Shown: positions 50,781 through 64,000, counted from the first letter of the stretch. The stretch is DNA of 64,000 bases from Gekko japonicus (GCF_001447785.1 NW_015173680.1:998686-1062685), one strand, 5' to 3'. Program-made: numbers and translations. The notes: a model not told the origin generated them from the sequence alone.

Positions 50781-52446
50781 TAAATGTCTCCAGTCAAGCT
50801 GCCCACTCAGCCGCCCCCTTATTTGTTTAACAGCCCATAGGCCATAGTAGAACAAAGGTTTGCCACATCCACAATACAGCTTCTGCAGAGCTTTCTCTTC
50901 AGATCACCTATGCACTAATGGAAGTCTTTGGGCTCCACAAGTGGTGAGCTAGTGTGGTGTAGTGATTAGAGTGGATCCTGGGATCTGGGTGGCCCAGGTT
51001 CAAATGTGTCCTCTGCCATGCAGCTCACGGGGACAATGGGCTGCTTGCACTCTCAGCCAAACCTACTTTACAGGGTTGTTGTGCCAACAAAATGGGACAG
51101 GGTGAACAATATATGCCACCTTGAACTCCTGCGGGGAAAGGCAAAAAAATATGCTAGGGAAGATGAATCAGGAGTTCTCATGCTTGACAGAGCTGTGCCA
51201 AGAACTCAGCCTTCCATGAGCAGCTACACAGTAAATGTTTACAGTGGGAAGGAACAGTTCTGCATGAAGAAGATACGGTTGTTTGTATGGCAGCCTGCTG
51301 TTTTAAAAAGTCACAGGTGCTTTTTCAGGGAGGATGGGATGTATTCATCCTCCCTGGTTCCTTTATTCATATCTGTATTGTTGCTGAAAGAGGAAATCAC
51401 TGTGCTAGGATTTTTTCTCACACAGTCCAGAGAGTCTCAAATATGCCACCGTGCTCAGATCTTCAGGGTGTATCCTGTGAAGTACAAATACACTGATGTT
51501 CATAGTACTTTTCCACTTTCTCCCTAAGAGTTAATTGAGATCTCCAAAAGTAGATGCTGGCACTTACAGGACCTTTGTGCTTCAGTTTTGTTTGGTCTTT
51601 TACTGATTGTGATACTTTGCTGATGAGAAGAGAAACTTCATTGCCAAAGGTCTGGACACATGAAGCTGCCTTACACTAAATAAAACCACTGGTCCCTCAA
51701 GGTCTGTATTTACTAAGACTGGTGGTGACTCTCCAGGGTTCAGACAGAGGCCTTTCACATCGCCTACTGCCTGATCCTTCTAGCTGGAGATGCCAGGGAT
51801 TGAACCTGGTCACTTCTGAATGGGAAGCGTATGCTGTACCACTGAGTGCAACAGCCCCCTCTCATTTTTAAAGATATAAGTTAAGAGGCAGTTTCTTTTT
51901 TAATGTAAATACCCTTTTCCTTTCAGTTAAGGTAATTATGCAGAATTGCAGACACATCCAGCCTCCTGGTCAGGTTGCATTACGCTTTGTGCAGGAAAGC
52001 CATTGGCACCATCAAAATATACCTATAGTAATTCGATAGGTTGGTGGAGGTATTGTACCCCACCACTATGCAAGTAGAGAAAGCCTGGGATCCAGGGCAC
52101 CTCAAAACTGGGTCCACTGGCACTGGGGAGGATGGCTTGCCATTGTGGCTGTGGAGCTACAGTGTGAGCAGGAGTATTAGTGGAATAAGACTGTTGGGTC
52201 TGGGAGTTTAGGATGTTTTGTTTTAGATACAGGTTGGCACCCTTCTATCTAGGGATTCCCAAATTGTTCTGGGGAATCTTGGGGTCCCTTTGGAACGTTA
52301 TTAACTTATCAAGGTAAAGGGCAGTCATGGCGACAGCTTCCTGGACAACTCTTTACCCACACACTGAGCTTTCTGTAAAACATATAGCCAAAGGAGAGGA
52401 TTATGGGTGACATTGGCAGAAAGGCGAGTTAAAAAGAGCATTGATG

Positions 52447-52645
52447 GGCTCTGACTTGGCTAGCTAAGGCCAGCCCGATATCGTCAGGTCTCGGAAGCTA
52501 GCAGGGGGATCCCTGGTCAGTATTTGGATGGGAGATCACCAGGGTTGCTACACAGAGGCAGGCAGTAGCAGACCACCTCTGAACATCTCTTGCCTTGAAA
52601 ACCCCACAGGGTTGCCATAAGTTGGTGGCGATTTGACAGCAAAAG
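52447..52645 (+). mobile_element. 5S rRNA-derived SINE
   Basis: gcccgatatcgtcaggtctcggaagcta.gcaggg...gtatttggatgggaga. Confidence 0.8.
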
Positions 52646-53674
52646 GGGGGGGGGGGAGGTAGGTCACATTCAGCTCAAGTGAGAATCCAGCCTGGTGTGT
52701 GCCCCACTGGTTCATTTCCTGCATGCTTCAGAATCCTGCACAGCTTTCTGGAATCCTTCAACAATGAATGTGGAAAGCGTCCTTACAAAGATGGGGAAAT
52801 TTCAGAATTGGCACTTACGGTGAGAAGGTGGCTGGAAAGAAGCAGCTTTATGACTATTGCCATTTGGGTTGAGAGCCACAGACCCGCCCCGGAAGGCTGC
52901 TGCAGTGGGAGATGCTTGAGATTCCTCCGAAGATCCTCCCACCTTGGCCTGCTGTGTGTGAGTGGGCTGAATTCCATTCCAGCAGAGGAAGGGATAGCAA
53001 TGGGGCAGGGAGCTGGATTGGCTGCCTGGGTCAGATGCTTCCTTATTAGGCTGTCCAGCAGCAGCCTGGGGATACGGGAAGACTTTTTCAGGATTTGGTG
53101 CTTTGAATGGAAAGGCTGGATTTGTAAACCAAATAGAAAAGTTGAATGGTGGTGCTTGAATTTCTGTTAAGGATTCCCTTTTGCTCTGGACAACAGGCAT
53201 CCCATTACTTCCCCGGGTCGCTCCAAATCCTACAATGGCAGATGTTATCGTGGGCAGGATAGTCATCTGGGATTCCCCGCACCCTTTACTAGCTAGCTCA
53301 CTTTGCCCAGGAAGATGATAAACTGAGGACAGGACTGAATGGTCGTTAGTAGACCAACGGTGGGGAACTGCCACATTTCCTTCTACTGGCTACTGCCATC
53401 GTGGTCAAGTCCTGGGATCTGCTGGACTGTGAATCCAGGGTTCTACTTAGCCGTGAATCCAGGGTTCTACTTAGCCATGAATACAGCAGGCTCCATGGGG
53501 CAAGTCACTGTTGTCACCCTTGGTTCTCCATCTCTAACAGCGAAGCAGGAATTTCTCCCTCCCCTGTTGTCAGTATGCCTCACTGGCTGTAAAGACAATT
53601 CCAGATTTAAAGGAGACTGGGTGTGCCTGAAGCCTTTCCTGTTCACTATTCCATATGGTTTAATGCCACCTTGA

Positions 53675-53880
53675 CAGTGTTCCCTCTAAGCTGAGTTAGT
53701 GTGGGCTAGCTCACAGTTTTTTAGCCTCCGGCTCACACATTTTTGTCTTAGCTCAGGAAGGATGATTCCAGAGCAAAGTAATTTATGCAGTAGCCAAATT
53801 GCCTGCTCACAACTTTAATGCCAGTAGCTCACAAAGTAGAATTTTTGCTCACAAGACTCCACAGTTTAGAGGGAACATTG
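53675..53880. mobile_element. hAT MITE, same family as 2625-2831
   Basis: Near-identical to 2625-2831, TIR CAGTGTTCCCTCTAA. Confidence 0.88.
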
Positions 53881-55019
53881 CCTTGGAATGGTTCTGCATC
53901 TCTTACAGGTGCTGTGTCACACACTAGTGAGTAAGCCCTGCATGGAAGATGTGCTGGTGTGCAAACACAGGGTGTATGCGGAGGCCAGTGCAGAGTTAGT
54001 AACCCTTGAGATGGTGCATCTGGCAATCATGCGGAATCCATTTCCCCCCCAGAGAGAAAAACAGATTTCAGCTTTCCTGCACTTAATGCACAGCTGCCAC
54101 CTTCTGTTTAAAGAGCCTCCCTTCCACCTCCATTGTCATATATGGCAACTCTCTCCTCTGGTGACCTCATCCTTGGATGGTGTTCAATTTATAGTCTGGC
54201 ATCGGGATAACTGGGCTGTGGTTGTTGAAGCAACCATTAATGATTGATTGTTCTGCAGCTCCAGCCACGAGAAAAGTCTTCACTGCTCAGGAGACTATTG
54301 TTGGACTGACCATGGGGCCTCTCAGCTATATGGAGAGATGAGAATAATTTCTTACTTCTATGTATTTAGTGTGTATGGGATAGAACAGACTGGCAGGGCA
54401 AAGCCCACTAAGACCTAATTTGCAAAAGGGAGCAAACAAAATAACTTACCTTAATTTTGGTGTTTGGGATACATTGCATGTGGCTCACTTGTCCCTATTT
54501 ATCAGTAACAGCGGGTCTCTGGAAAATCACCACCCCTGTTAAGAGATTTAGGAGAGAGAGAGAAGATTTTATTGTATTTAGCCATAGGCCATTACAAACC
54601 ACAAACAGAGAAGAGCACAATAAAACACAAAAATTGTGTAAAATAAGATACAGTCCAACATTATAAATCCATAAAACCGAGGTTATGAACAGTTAAAACC
54701 GAGGTTAAGAGATTTAGGGTGTACCTGTTTAAACAGTGTAAACAAAAGTATATCTTTCTAACTGGGATGTGTATTTAATGCCATTATGAAGGCTGCTTTA
54801 ATGTTTTAGGTGTCTAGAAGCTACAGTGGGTAGGTGGATTCATGTCTTCATCTTGTCTCTAATCCACATTAAAGGCCTGTGCACGAACACTTAAGGCTCC
54901 AGTTAGATGTGATGTTTTTAAATGGGACTGGTTGGGGTTCTCCTGACCCAATTGTCATTCCCTGCAGTCAGAAAACAGCTATGGGGAACTAATTTCCAAA
55001 ATACTACTGGGACCTGATT

Positions 55020-55272
55020 AAGAAGAGAAGAGATTGGATTTATACTCCCCCTTTCACTTGGAGTCTCAGAGTGGTTTACAATCTCCTTCCCTTCCTCTCC
55101 CCACAACAGACACCCTGTGAGGTAGGTGGGGCTGAGTGGGCTGTTTGAGAACTGCTTTTGAGAGAACAGTGGCTTGCCCAAGGTCACCCAGCAGCTGCAT
55201 GTGGAGGCCTGGGGAATTAAACCCGGTTCTCCCAGATTAGAGTCCGCACTCCTAACCGCTACAACAAACTGG
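55020..55272 (-). mobile_element. tRNA-derived SINE (Squam3-like)
   Basis: Reverse complement of the 40557 family. Confidence 0.8.
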
Positions 55273-57246
55273 CTGTCAGGAGTGGGAGTGCTACGTGGTG
55301 GGGGGAATGGGCTTCAGTCTCCTCTCCCTGTGCTATTTTCCTGACTTTAAATGGCCCCAGGGGGTGTTATTTGGCCCATCTGGGGAGCAAGTGTTTTGCG
55401 GGGGAACTTAGTTTGAGCCAAAAGCAACATGCAGCACACAGCTTTCTGTTTCATGTACTGCACCTGCTGAGGTTCATTTTGGACTGTTGATAACACAAGA
55501 TCTTTTTTTCCTAGGCTGCGTTTAAGCAAAAGAACATTGTTTTGTTATTAAATCAGTGCCAGACAGACTGGAGAAGAAATACACGCTTTCTCCAGAAGAA
55601 TATTTTTGTAAGCAGTATATGCAATTCAGGGAGTCTGCAAGTCTGGTGCTGTATGCAGACAGAGTGGGAATTTGGAGCTGTGTTCCAGAGTTGTGTGTTT
55701 GGGGCGGTGGGGCAGGTATTTTGGTCAGAGCTTGGCTGACTGTGCACGCCTGCATGTTATTAATTTTATATTAATTTGTAAGCAGCATCCCAGTTCCCTA
55801 TCTAAGAATTTGGACAACCGGACAATTAAAACCTAGTTTTCATGTCACAACAGGCAAGTCTCCTCTGCTGATCAGCACCTTCTGGCTGCTGCTTCAGCCT
55901 CTCTCTTTCCTTGTTGCTCGCTCATTGGAGTATCTGTCTTGCTCCTGTGTAATTCATTTCCCTTAAAAAGGCAGCTGGGGGTTTCTCAGCATCTGGTTGG
56001 ATCTTCTAAGGCATCTGCTCTTTGTCAGTAGTCTAAGAACTCTTGTAATCACAGCTGCCGTGGAGTACGCAATGACAGAACAAAGGAACTCGAGACCCAG
56101 ACTAGACTGTGCACGAGGTGGCCTGACCACAAACCAAAGCGAGGTGGCCACCAGAGGCAGCAGATCAAGGCATTATAAGAAATGGCAGAGTGGGAGAAAA
56201 AAATTGACTCCACTCCCATGTGACACAATCCACCGTACAATTCTCTTATAGGTCCCATGGAAACAGGCTTTCAAGAACCATAGTAGCTCATTTCAGTAAA
56301 CGTTCCATTGAGGTTTGCACAGGAGAAGTACTCAAGGGCTTGACTCCATGCTGATTGGTAGGTGGGTAGGATGTCATGTGGATTCTCTGACTTTGAGCCA
56401 GGCCAGAATAGCCTCCACTGGGGCCTAAAGTTGCACTAGAAATACCTTGCAATATCAAACAATTCCATCAAAGAGCAAATAGAGACAGAACCTCCATGTC
56501 CCTGACACCTGTTCCTGCACAATGTTTTTAAATGGAAGTGGTTGATACAACCATCTGTGAGTCCACAGAAATACCAAATGGTGCATTGTCGACTGGTGAT
56601 GTTCATGCAGTGGCAGATTGGTTCTAACTTCTGACTAGCAGACAGAAACCACTGGAGCTAATAACCAAGTAGAAAGATGATTTATACTAGTGGTTTTTGT
56701 AGCATCAAAATTTGACTTTGGAGAAATAGGTTCAAACAGTATAAGCTCCAGGATTTGAGAGCCCCTTGAAGAAGACACCCTTCATCCAAAAGAAGTGGAG
56801 CACACAGACAAAAAAAAAATCTCAAATACTGCCTTGGATCTTCTTGGGGAATCCATGCAAAGTGTTGTGACGGAGTGAACTTTGCTGGTTGGGAGTTCCA
56901 GGTCTGTGCCCAGCCTTGCTTCCAAGTTCAAAGGAACTTGGGTGACTTAAGTCACTTTTGGCCTCCAGTGCTCATGCATTCTCTCTAACAAGCCCAGCAT
57001 TTTAATTGTCACGGGTTTCCGCAAAGAATCTTGGGAACTATTGAGGATATTGAGAATTGTGCTGGACTGTCCAGATCCTCTTGAACCTCAACCTCAACAT
57101 GCCATCGAAATTGCCTTGATTGTCCTGATTGATGACCTACACTCACTAGCCCACTAATAGGGGGAGTTCACTGCCCAATGGAACCTCTCAACAATTGTTT
57201 ACATACCATCAGTCCTTGTTATATTTCTGGGCTGCCAAGATGGAGG

Positions 57247-57462
57247 TAGGGATGCCAGCCCCGGAATTACAGCTCATCTTCAGATTACAGAGATCAGTTC
57301 CCCTGGAGAAAATGGATGCTTTGAAGGGTGGACTCTATAATATTGTACTCCACGGAGGTCCCTGCCCTCCCCAGGCTCCATCCCCAAATCTCCAGGAGTT
57401 TCCCGACCTGGATCTGGCCACTTTAGCCCCCCGCCAGTGTCTGGGGGGATCTGGCAACCCTA
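57247..57462. mobile_element. TAGGGTTGCCA-family MITE
   Basis: TAGGGATGCCA...TGGCAACCCTA, near-TSD GATGGAGG/CTTGGAGG. Confidence 0.8.
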
Positions 57463-57890
57463 CTTGGAGGCTTTACGGTTGCTTCTGGTTTTTTTTGCAA
57501 GGTGGGTTTCAGAAGGTATGGGGGGGGGGATGTGCTGCCCCTTGGCCTGCAGGGTTTCATTTGGTTCCTCAAGCTGTTTAATATCAATATGAAACTGCTG
57601 GAGGAGTTCATCCAGGGATTTGGAGTTGAGTGGATGATATTTAGTTTTCTCTCTTCCTGCTATTTAATTCCAGGGAGGCTGTGAATGTGCAGAACAGGTG
57701 TTTGGTAGTGGAGAGGGACAGGATGAGGGTGAATGAACTAAAACATAATTTAGATAAAACAAGATGTGCTGTGTGGATTGGGTGAAAGCTGACATGGGAA
57801 CACGTGTACAGCCTGAAAGAGCAGACTTGTCTGGGAATTCTCCTCTCTCTGATTCTGGATAAGCATGTGGCAGAAGTGAAGGCATGCTTG

Positions 57891-58088
57891 TAGGGTTGCC
57901 AGTTCCAGGTTGGGAAATACCTGGAATTTTTTTTTTGGGGGGGGGGAACCTGAGGAGGGTGGGGTTTGGGGAGGGGAGGGACTTCAATGGGGTGTAATGC
58001 CATAGAGTAAAGCAGCCATTTTCTCCAGATGAACTGACTTATATTGCCTGGAGATCAGTTGTAACAGCAGGAGATCTCCAGCCACCAC
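57891..58088. mobile_element. TAGGGTTGCCA-family MITE (3' end eroded)
   Basis: Colinear with the 32548 copy. Confidence 0.75.
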
Positions 58089-58169
58089 CAGTAGAGGTGC
58101 TCAGCTAAGGGGCTCTGCTGCGGGAACCAACAGCCTTACAGATACATTTGGTGGGAACCTGTGGGGGGA

Positions 58170-58388
58170 GGGGAGAAGGAGATATTGTATTTATACTCCA
58201 TCCTTCACTCAGAGTCTGAGAATGGCTTACAATCTAATTTCCCTTTCCCTCCCCACAACAGACATCCTGTGAGGTAGGTGGGGCTGAGCTGTTTTCGAGA
58301 ACTGCTCTTGAGAGAACAGCTCTGGAAGAACTTGTGACTGACCCAAGGTCACACCAGCAGCTGCATGTGAAGGAGTGGGGAATCAAAC
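58170..58388 (-). mobile_element. tRNA-derived SINE (Squam3-like, truncated)
   Basis: Same family as 40557. Confidence 0.75.
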
Positions 58389-59609
58389 TGTTCTTGGCAG
58401 CTGCCCCTAAACTGTGGAACTCCTTTTCTAAGAATTTAATTGTATCTCCACATTGCAGGCCTTCTGGAATTTTTAAAAGGCCTCATCTGTTTTGGAAGTC
58501 CTTTGAACAGGTTTTTTGTTACCCCTGGTTTTAGCTTGTTTTTTTTCTGCTGCTGATTGTCATATTTATGTAATAGTTTATTTTATATGTTTCCTTTTTA
58601 AAGTTGCCTCGGAATATGTTTTCTATGTAGAAAAGTGAGCTATAAATTATATAAATAAATCTCCAAATACAACTGGATCAAAGGGACTATTTTGAATTGT
58701 CACAAAATTATTAAGAGACCCTTTCTACCATTATTTCTGCTTCCCCTGCTTCTCCCTTCAGAAGAAGGGAGCCCCCTTCTGGTGTTTTAAATCTGGCACC
58801 AGAAGGTAAAATTTGGATACTGAGGAAAGTATGAGGGACAAGTCCTCTAAATTGTGATGGTGGCAGCATAGATTGTTTTGAGGAGTATGTTTCCACTTTC
58901 AAGCTTTGAGAACTCTCTGTCATCTGAAGTGCCCAATATTTGGGTAAGCCTCACTTTATGCTTTACATGAAGACTTTGTAAAGAGATGGTAGAAATAGGC
59001 CAAGCATGAAACAAAGCCCAGGCATGGCCATTCACCTGGACTGAGCACCAGAAGGGCTGCCATATCAGAAAAACTCAGTGCTAAGACAGCAACTTCAAAT
59101 AAGTCACATATTTCTCTCTTCCCCTTGACAAGGGTTGGACAGAGCATCTGTGACAGAGTATCTGTGACAGAGTGCAATGCAAGTAGGGACATGACCTCAT
59201 GAGGCCAGCTCCCCAATCCTGAGCAGCAACACGGGGGTGCTGCCAGAGCAATGGCAACACTACCACTGAGGCCCTGGAAGAGCAGGCGGGATCTCAGACT
59301 ATATGTGTCAGGCCAGTCTATGGCTGCTTCCACACGCACCACCTTTGCTCTGCTTTAGCATCCAAACTAGAGCAGTTTTGTTTTGGTTTTTTGCAGCACC
59401 CACATGGTGGACATCTCCCAACTACTTTCTTTCTACATTTCCCCTGTTTTGCTATCCTCTTTCCCAAACCTGGCTTCATAACTCTCACAGCCAAGGTGCC
59501 TTTTTACACTTTGTGGATGGAAAGATGGACATTTTTCAAAGTCCCACCCACACTGCCATTTTCCTTGTCTCAGCCTCCTGTAGCTGCCCTCACCCTCTGT
59601 TCCACCTTT

Positions 59610-59959
59610 AAAGGTAAAGGTTCCCTTGCTCGAAAGCCAGTCGAGTCCGACTCTAGGGTTGCGGTGCTCATCTCCGTTTCAAAGCCGAAGAGCCGGCACT
59701 GTCCGAAGACATTTCCGTGGTCATGTGGCCGGCATGACTAAACACCAAGGCGCGCGGAACGCTGTTACCTTCCCACCGAAGTGGTACCTATTTATCTACT
59801 TGCAATGTCTTGCTTTCGAACTGCTAGGTTGGCAGGAGCTGGAACTAGAGACAGGAGCTCACTCCGTCTTGCGGCACACTCGGGTCTCGAACTGCTGAAC
59901 TACCGACCTTCCACAGCCTGCAGTTCAGCGTCTTAACCACTTGAGCCACCGCAGCTCCG
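59610..59959 (-). mobile_element. Sauria SINE
   Basis: (ACCTTT)n tail, conserved ttccgtggtcatgtggccggcatgact..acac core, 12-bp TSD TGTTCCACCTTT. Confidence 0.9.
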
Positions 59960-60168
59960 TGTTCCACCTTTGGGGGCTTTTAAAAAAATTGATCACTTTC
60001 ACTGGTAAAAAAAAAGCAAGTCTCCAGCCCTTTTAGTTGCAGGGATATAAGAGGAATCCATAATATATCATGACAATACATTGTTATACCTCATAGAATC
60101 ACAGAGTTGGAAGGGGCCACACAGGCCACCTAGTCCTAGCCCCTGTTCCATGCAGGATCAGCCTAGAG

Positions 60169-60583
60169 CAGGGGTGTCAAACTCATTTGTTACGAGGGCT
60201 GGATCTGACATAAACGTCACTGGGTCCGGCTGGGCGATGTGTGCTATAAAATGTAAGGCCAGGTACCAGACATAGAAACTGTATAACGGACAGCAGCTGG
60301 TAAGCCCCAAAGTGGTGTATCTCACTGCAAGGTCCCATGGGCTGGGAGGTGGGTGCAGAGGAAAACCCACATAGGCAGACTGGAAAGACAGCAGTGCAAT
60401 GTTGGGCAGAGGCTCCCATGATGCTTGACTGCTGCAGACATTGTTCTGCCGTGCTGGAGCCACAATGGAGTGGCTCCGCCCACTCCCCCCAGTACTCCCT
60501 CCCTCGCATCAGTTGCTCGCGGGCCACATAAGAGCCCTGGACAGGCTGGTTCCAGCCCCTGGGCCTTATGTTTGACACCCCTG
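60169..60583. mobile_element. hAT-Charlie MITE inserted in a CR1 3' end
   Basis: TIR CAGGGGTGTCAAAC / GTTTGACACCCCTG, 8-bp TSD GCCTAGAG. Confidence 0.9.
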
Positions 60584-60819
60584 GCCTAGAGCATCCCTGT
60601 TTGTCCAGCCTTTTTGCATGATAATGATCTAGCAGTTGCTTCTTTACAAAATGCCCTCTGGTGGTGTTGGGGAGAGGGCAAATGGCAGCTGTGGGGGGCT
60701 GAGACAAGGAAATCATATGGGGAAAGGGTATGGGAAACTGCTGTGTGGATGGCCTGTTGCTGAGGCACTGAGAGTTACCTGGAGCTACATGGAGAATTGT
60801 CACTGTGTGGAGCAGTCTA

Positions 60820-61263
60820 TCTATATATCTAATTCTCAAGTCGCCCCCTGGTGTGCGGATACTTAAATCCGCACATCGGGGGGACCTGGGGGGGAGGGAG
60901 AGGTTTGTGCGCATGTGGGGCGGTCCCCACGTGTGCACAAAAATCCTAAATCTGGAAAAAAACATCGGGGAGATGTTTAAATCCCCCCGAAACCCATAGA
61001 GCATCCCCTGCGCATGCGCAGGGAACACTTTGCGACCGCCGCTGCCGCCGCCGCTTGGAAGGAAAGCGGCGAGCCGGGAGGGGGGCCCTCGAGGGGGAGG
61101 GGGGAGATCGAGCGGGGGGGAACGGGGGAGGAACCGGCAGGATGGGGGGGGACTTACCTCCTCCTCCTGCTTCCTCCTCCACCTTCTGACTTTGGAGCTC
61201 CATTTGGAGCTCTGCCTCCCTCCCCACCCCCCACCCCTGCGAGTATTGCGGGCCCACCCCTTG
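60820..61263 (+). mobile_element. Non-autonomous Helitron, young and CpG-rich (CTTG end)
   Basis: A|TCTATATATCT 5' end, subterminal hairpin cctgcgagtattgcggg, CTTG|T 3' end, no TSD. Confidence 0.72.
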
Positions 61264-62179
61264 TTATATCTAAGAGAGGGAGGGAAGCGGATGAGGAAGG
61301 TCTTTCTTATTGTAGAGATAAGAAACCTGTTGCTTTCTTATCTCTAACCAGCAGTTGAGAAGGAAGCAACAGGCAGAGCTGAGGGCAGCCAGAGAGGCTC
61401 TGAACATCTGGAGGATGAGGAAACATCCTACTAAGTCTTTCAGATTTTCCCACATCACGGAACTCATTCCACACCAACTGATCTGCTTAAGTGACCTTAC
61501 CTGGTATATTGCAGAAGATTCTGGGAAGTGTTCTAGACACACAGTTAATATATACAGGATGTTGACCACTGTACAGAACCTCAGTGCACATCCATGTTCT
61601 GACCCAAGATGCACTGATTCACGCACAACAAACTCCTCAGCACCACCAGGTGCATTTCTATCAGAGGTATTCTGGAAGTTCCCTGCTTGAAAATTAATTT
61701 GTAGGCATATGCAGGCCCAGTTTGGATCAGGACTTCAGAACACAGTGAGAAGTGGCTTAAGCCCTGCCCCAGTGGAGTAATTTACATGTACCTATCAGTA
61801 GATGTTGAATTTCCCCCAAAGGGCAAATAGCAGCTCCCCACAGCTGTTTCAGGTCATGAAAACAGTGCGAGGGGGAGAGGCTGAAGCCCACTTTCCCCAT
61901 GTGCTGGGGTGACAATCCAAACTGGGCTGCACACAGGGGTCATTTCGTAGAAAAAGAGCTGCAGGAGCTCATTAGCATAACATTAGCATATGCCACACCC
62001 CCTGACATCACTGGAAGTGTGCACCAGCCCCTCTGACAGGCAGAAGCACCTGGGATCAATTCTTTCCCCCCTCTCTCTTCCCTTCGCCTCCAAGTCGGGT
62101 GAAGGAAAAGGGGAGGGGGAGGATCTCAGGCGCTTCTGCCTGACAGAGGTGCTGGTGTGCCCACAGCCAGCCTGGGTGA

Positions 62180-62500
62180 ATTATAGAATCATAGACTCAT
62201 AGAGTGGGAAGGGACCTCCAGGGTCATCTAGTCCAACCACCTGCACAATGCAGGAAATTCACCAATACCCCCCCCCAGACCCCAGTGACTCCTGTTCTAC
62301 GCCCAGAATATGATTTAAAAAACCCCTCCAGGATCACTGGGGGCCAAACTGGCCTGGAGAAAAATTGCTTCTTGGCCCCAAAGTGGCGATCAGCATTTCC
62401 CTGGGCGTGTAAGAAAGGGCCACAAGAACTAAGCACTGATGCAACCCTTCCTGCTCTACCTCTCGTGATTTGCCTAAGTTCACACAATCAGCATTATGAT
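62180..62500 (-). mobile_element. CR1 3' end
   Basis: tagaatcatagactcatagagtgggaagggacctccagggtcatctagtccaacc. Confidence 0.8.
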
Positions 62501-63331
62501 CCTTTTAAAGTTGAAAGCATGATATAAATGCAAAGGACTATTTGTAAGATTATCAAGACCAGGACGCATCTCACTTCTGGCAATCACTTGGAGAGACCCT
62601 ATCACTCAGCTTCCATAGCCCCACACACACCCCACACTGGAATAAGAACATAATATCAGGCCATACCACATTGCAATAAAGCCCCTACAACTGTATACAG
62701 AAATACTGAGCTTCCCTACCATTTGCCACAACTAGCCCACCACACAACCAGGATCAAGACTCCTAAGTGGACCAACAGACAGGCATACACTCGTTTGAGA
62801 AACTGAGTATTACATTACAACACCTCTGGAACATTACAGATCAGTAGAGGCAGCACTGCACAGTGGTCAGAGTTGCAGATTGATGTGGGGAGACCCAGGT
62901 TTGTATTCTCACTCTGCTGGCTGAGTGACCCCGGGCCAAATCTCCCCTTCTCTACCTAACCTACCCCACAGGGTTGTTGTGAGGATGAAATGGAGACTCA
63001 TGGGCAGGGTCCCCAGCTTCCCTGGCAGGAACACTATGTTAAGAAATCTCTCACAATTATGCAGCCATAGCAGGCAGGAGGGAAGGAGGCGAATACCTCC
63101 AGCGCCAGAGACTTGTAAAGAAAGAGTCAAACTTTGGGGACTCACCCGTGCACCAGAGGGCCAAGGCAGCAGGAGGCAAGAAGCCTGGGCGAGCTGGGCT
63201 CCTCCATGCCTGGCAGAAGATGAGGTGCAGAGGCGAGAGATGGGCAAGCAGAAAAGGCACTCAGCCAGCCGCACAAGCTGCGTGCAAAGAAACTCCAGCC
63301 GCCCCAAGCTTCAGGGCTGCCTCCTTAAAGG

Positions 63332-63645
63332 NNNNNNNNNNNNNNNNNNNNNNNNNNNNNNNNNNNNNNNNNNNNNNNNNNNNNNNNNNNNNNNNNNNNN
63401 NNNNNNNNNNNNNNNNNNNNNNNNNNNNNNNNNNNNNNNNNNNNNNNNNNNNNNNNNNNNNNNNNNNNNNNNNNNNNNNNNNNNNNNNNNNNNNNNNNNN
63501 NNNNNNNNNNNNNNNNNNNNNNNNNNNNNNNNNNNNNNNNNNNNNNNNNNNNNNNNNNNNNNNNNNNNNNNNNNNNNNNNNNNNNNNNNNNNNNNNNNNN
63601 NNNNNNNNNNNNNNNNNNNNNNNNNNNNNNNNNNNNNNNNNNNNN
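63332..63645. other. Assembly gap (N run)
   Basis: Run of n. Confidence 0.99.
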
Positions 63646-64000
63646 GGAGCGATACGTTCCCCCGCCTCCCTGAGCCCCAGGGTGGTGGCCTTGGACTCAT
63701 AGGGGCAAATTCCACCTCTCGTACGAGAGGTCATTCTGGCTCCCCCAGCTCTTGGGAGGGGCTCTTTAAAAAGTTATGGCCGCCATCACTGTTCTCAGCG
63801 GCAGCTGCAACGCCCGTGCGGGGGGGGGCAAAACGTTCCCTTGCCTCCCTGAGCAGGGGGGCGGGGCGAAATGTTCCCTGGTTGTCTAGGACTCGTAGGG
63901 CCAAATTCCACCTCTCGCGAGAGGTCATTCTGGCTCCCCCAGCTCTTGGGAGGGGCTCTTTAAAAAGTTATGGCCGGCTTTTTCAGGCTCCGCGCCGGAG
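63646..64000. repeat. CpG-rich tandem repeat, period about 196 bp
   Basis: ggactc.tagggg/ccaaattccacctctcg..cgagaggtcattctggctccccagctcttgggaggggctctttaaaaagttatggccg at 63693 and 63889. Confidence 0.85.

Noticed and set aside
60183-61028. 281-aa minus-strand ORF as a gene
   Set aside because: It spans a hAT MITE and a Helitron, has no recognisable domain and is best explained as a chance ORF.

Overview
This is vertebrate genomic DNA, very likely a squamate and probably a gecko, judged from the Sauria SINE, 5S-derived SINEs, Squam3-like SINEs and TAGGGTTGCCA MITEs. It holds three spliced genes that I could rebuild exon by exon with GT-AG junctions and consistent phases. KANSL3 (minus strand) has 9 coding exons here and runs off the left edge. 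DUSP11 (plus strand, about 281 aa, HCTHGVNRT PTP loop) lies head-to-head with KANSL3 across one CpG island. STAMBP/AMSH (plus strand, 425 aa) has MIT and JAMM domains. Introns and intergenic DNA are dense in transposons: CR1, L2, RTE-X-like and Penelope fragments, three SINE types, hAT and Harbinger MITEs, and four non-autonomous Helitrons. The most unusual items are: a 1.4-kb TSD-flanked L1-type non-autonomous retroposon in DUSP11; a duplicated piece of the DUSP11 last exon that could act as an alternative terminal exon; an in-frame TGA just before a WECSW-like tail; a Helitron family ending in CTTG; CpG-rich Harbinger MITEs, one carrying NRF1-like palindromes; a possible decayed gene at 52.7-59.3 kb; and a 196-bp palindromic repeat beside an assembly gap. 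Most ORFs in the supplied track are spurious. Gene identities come from recalled orthologue sequences, not database searches, and repeat boundaries without a TSD are approximate.
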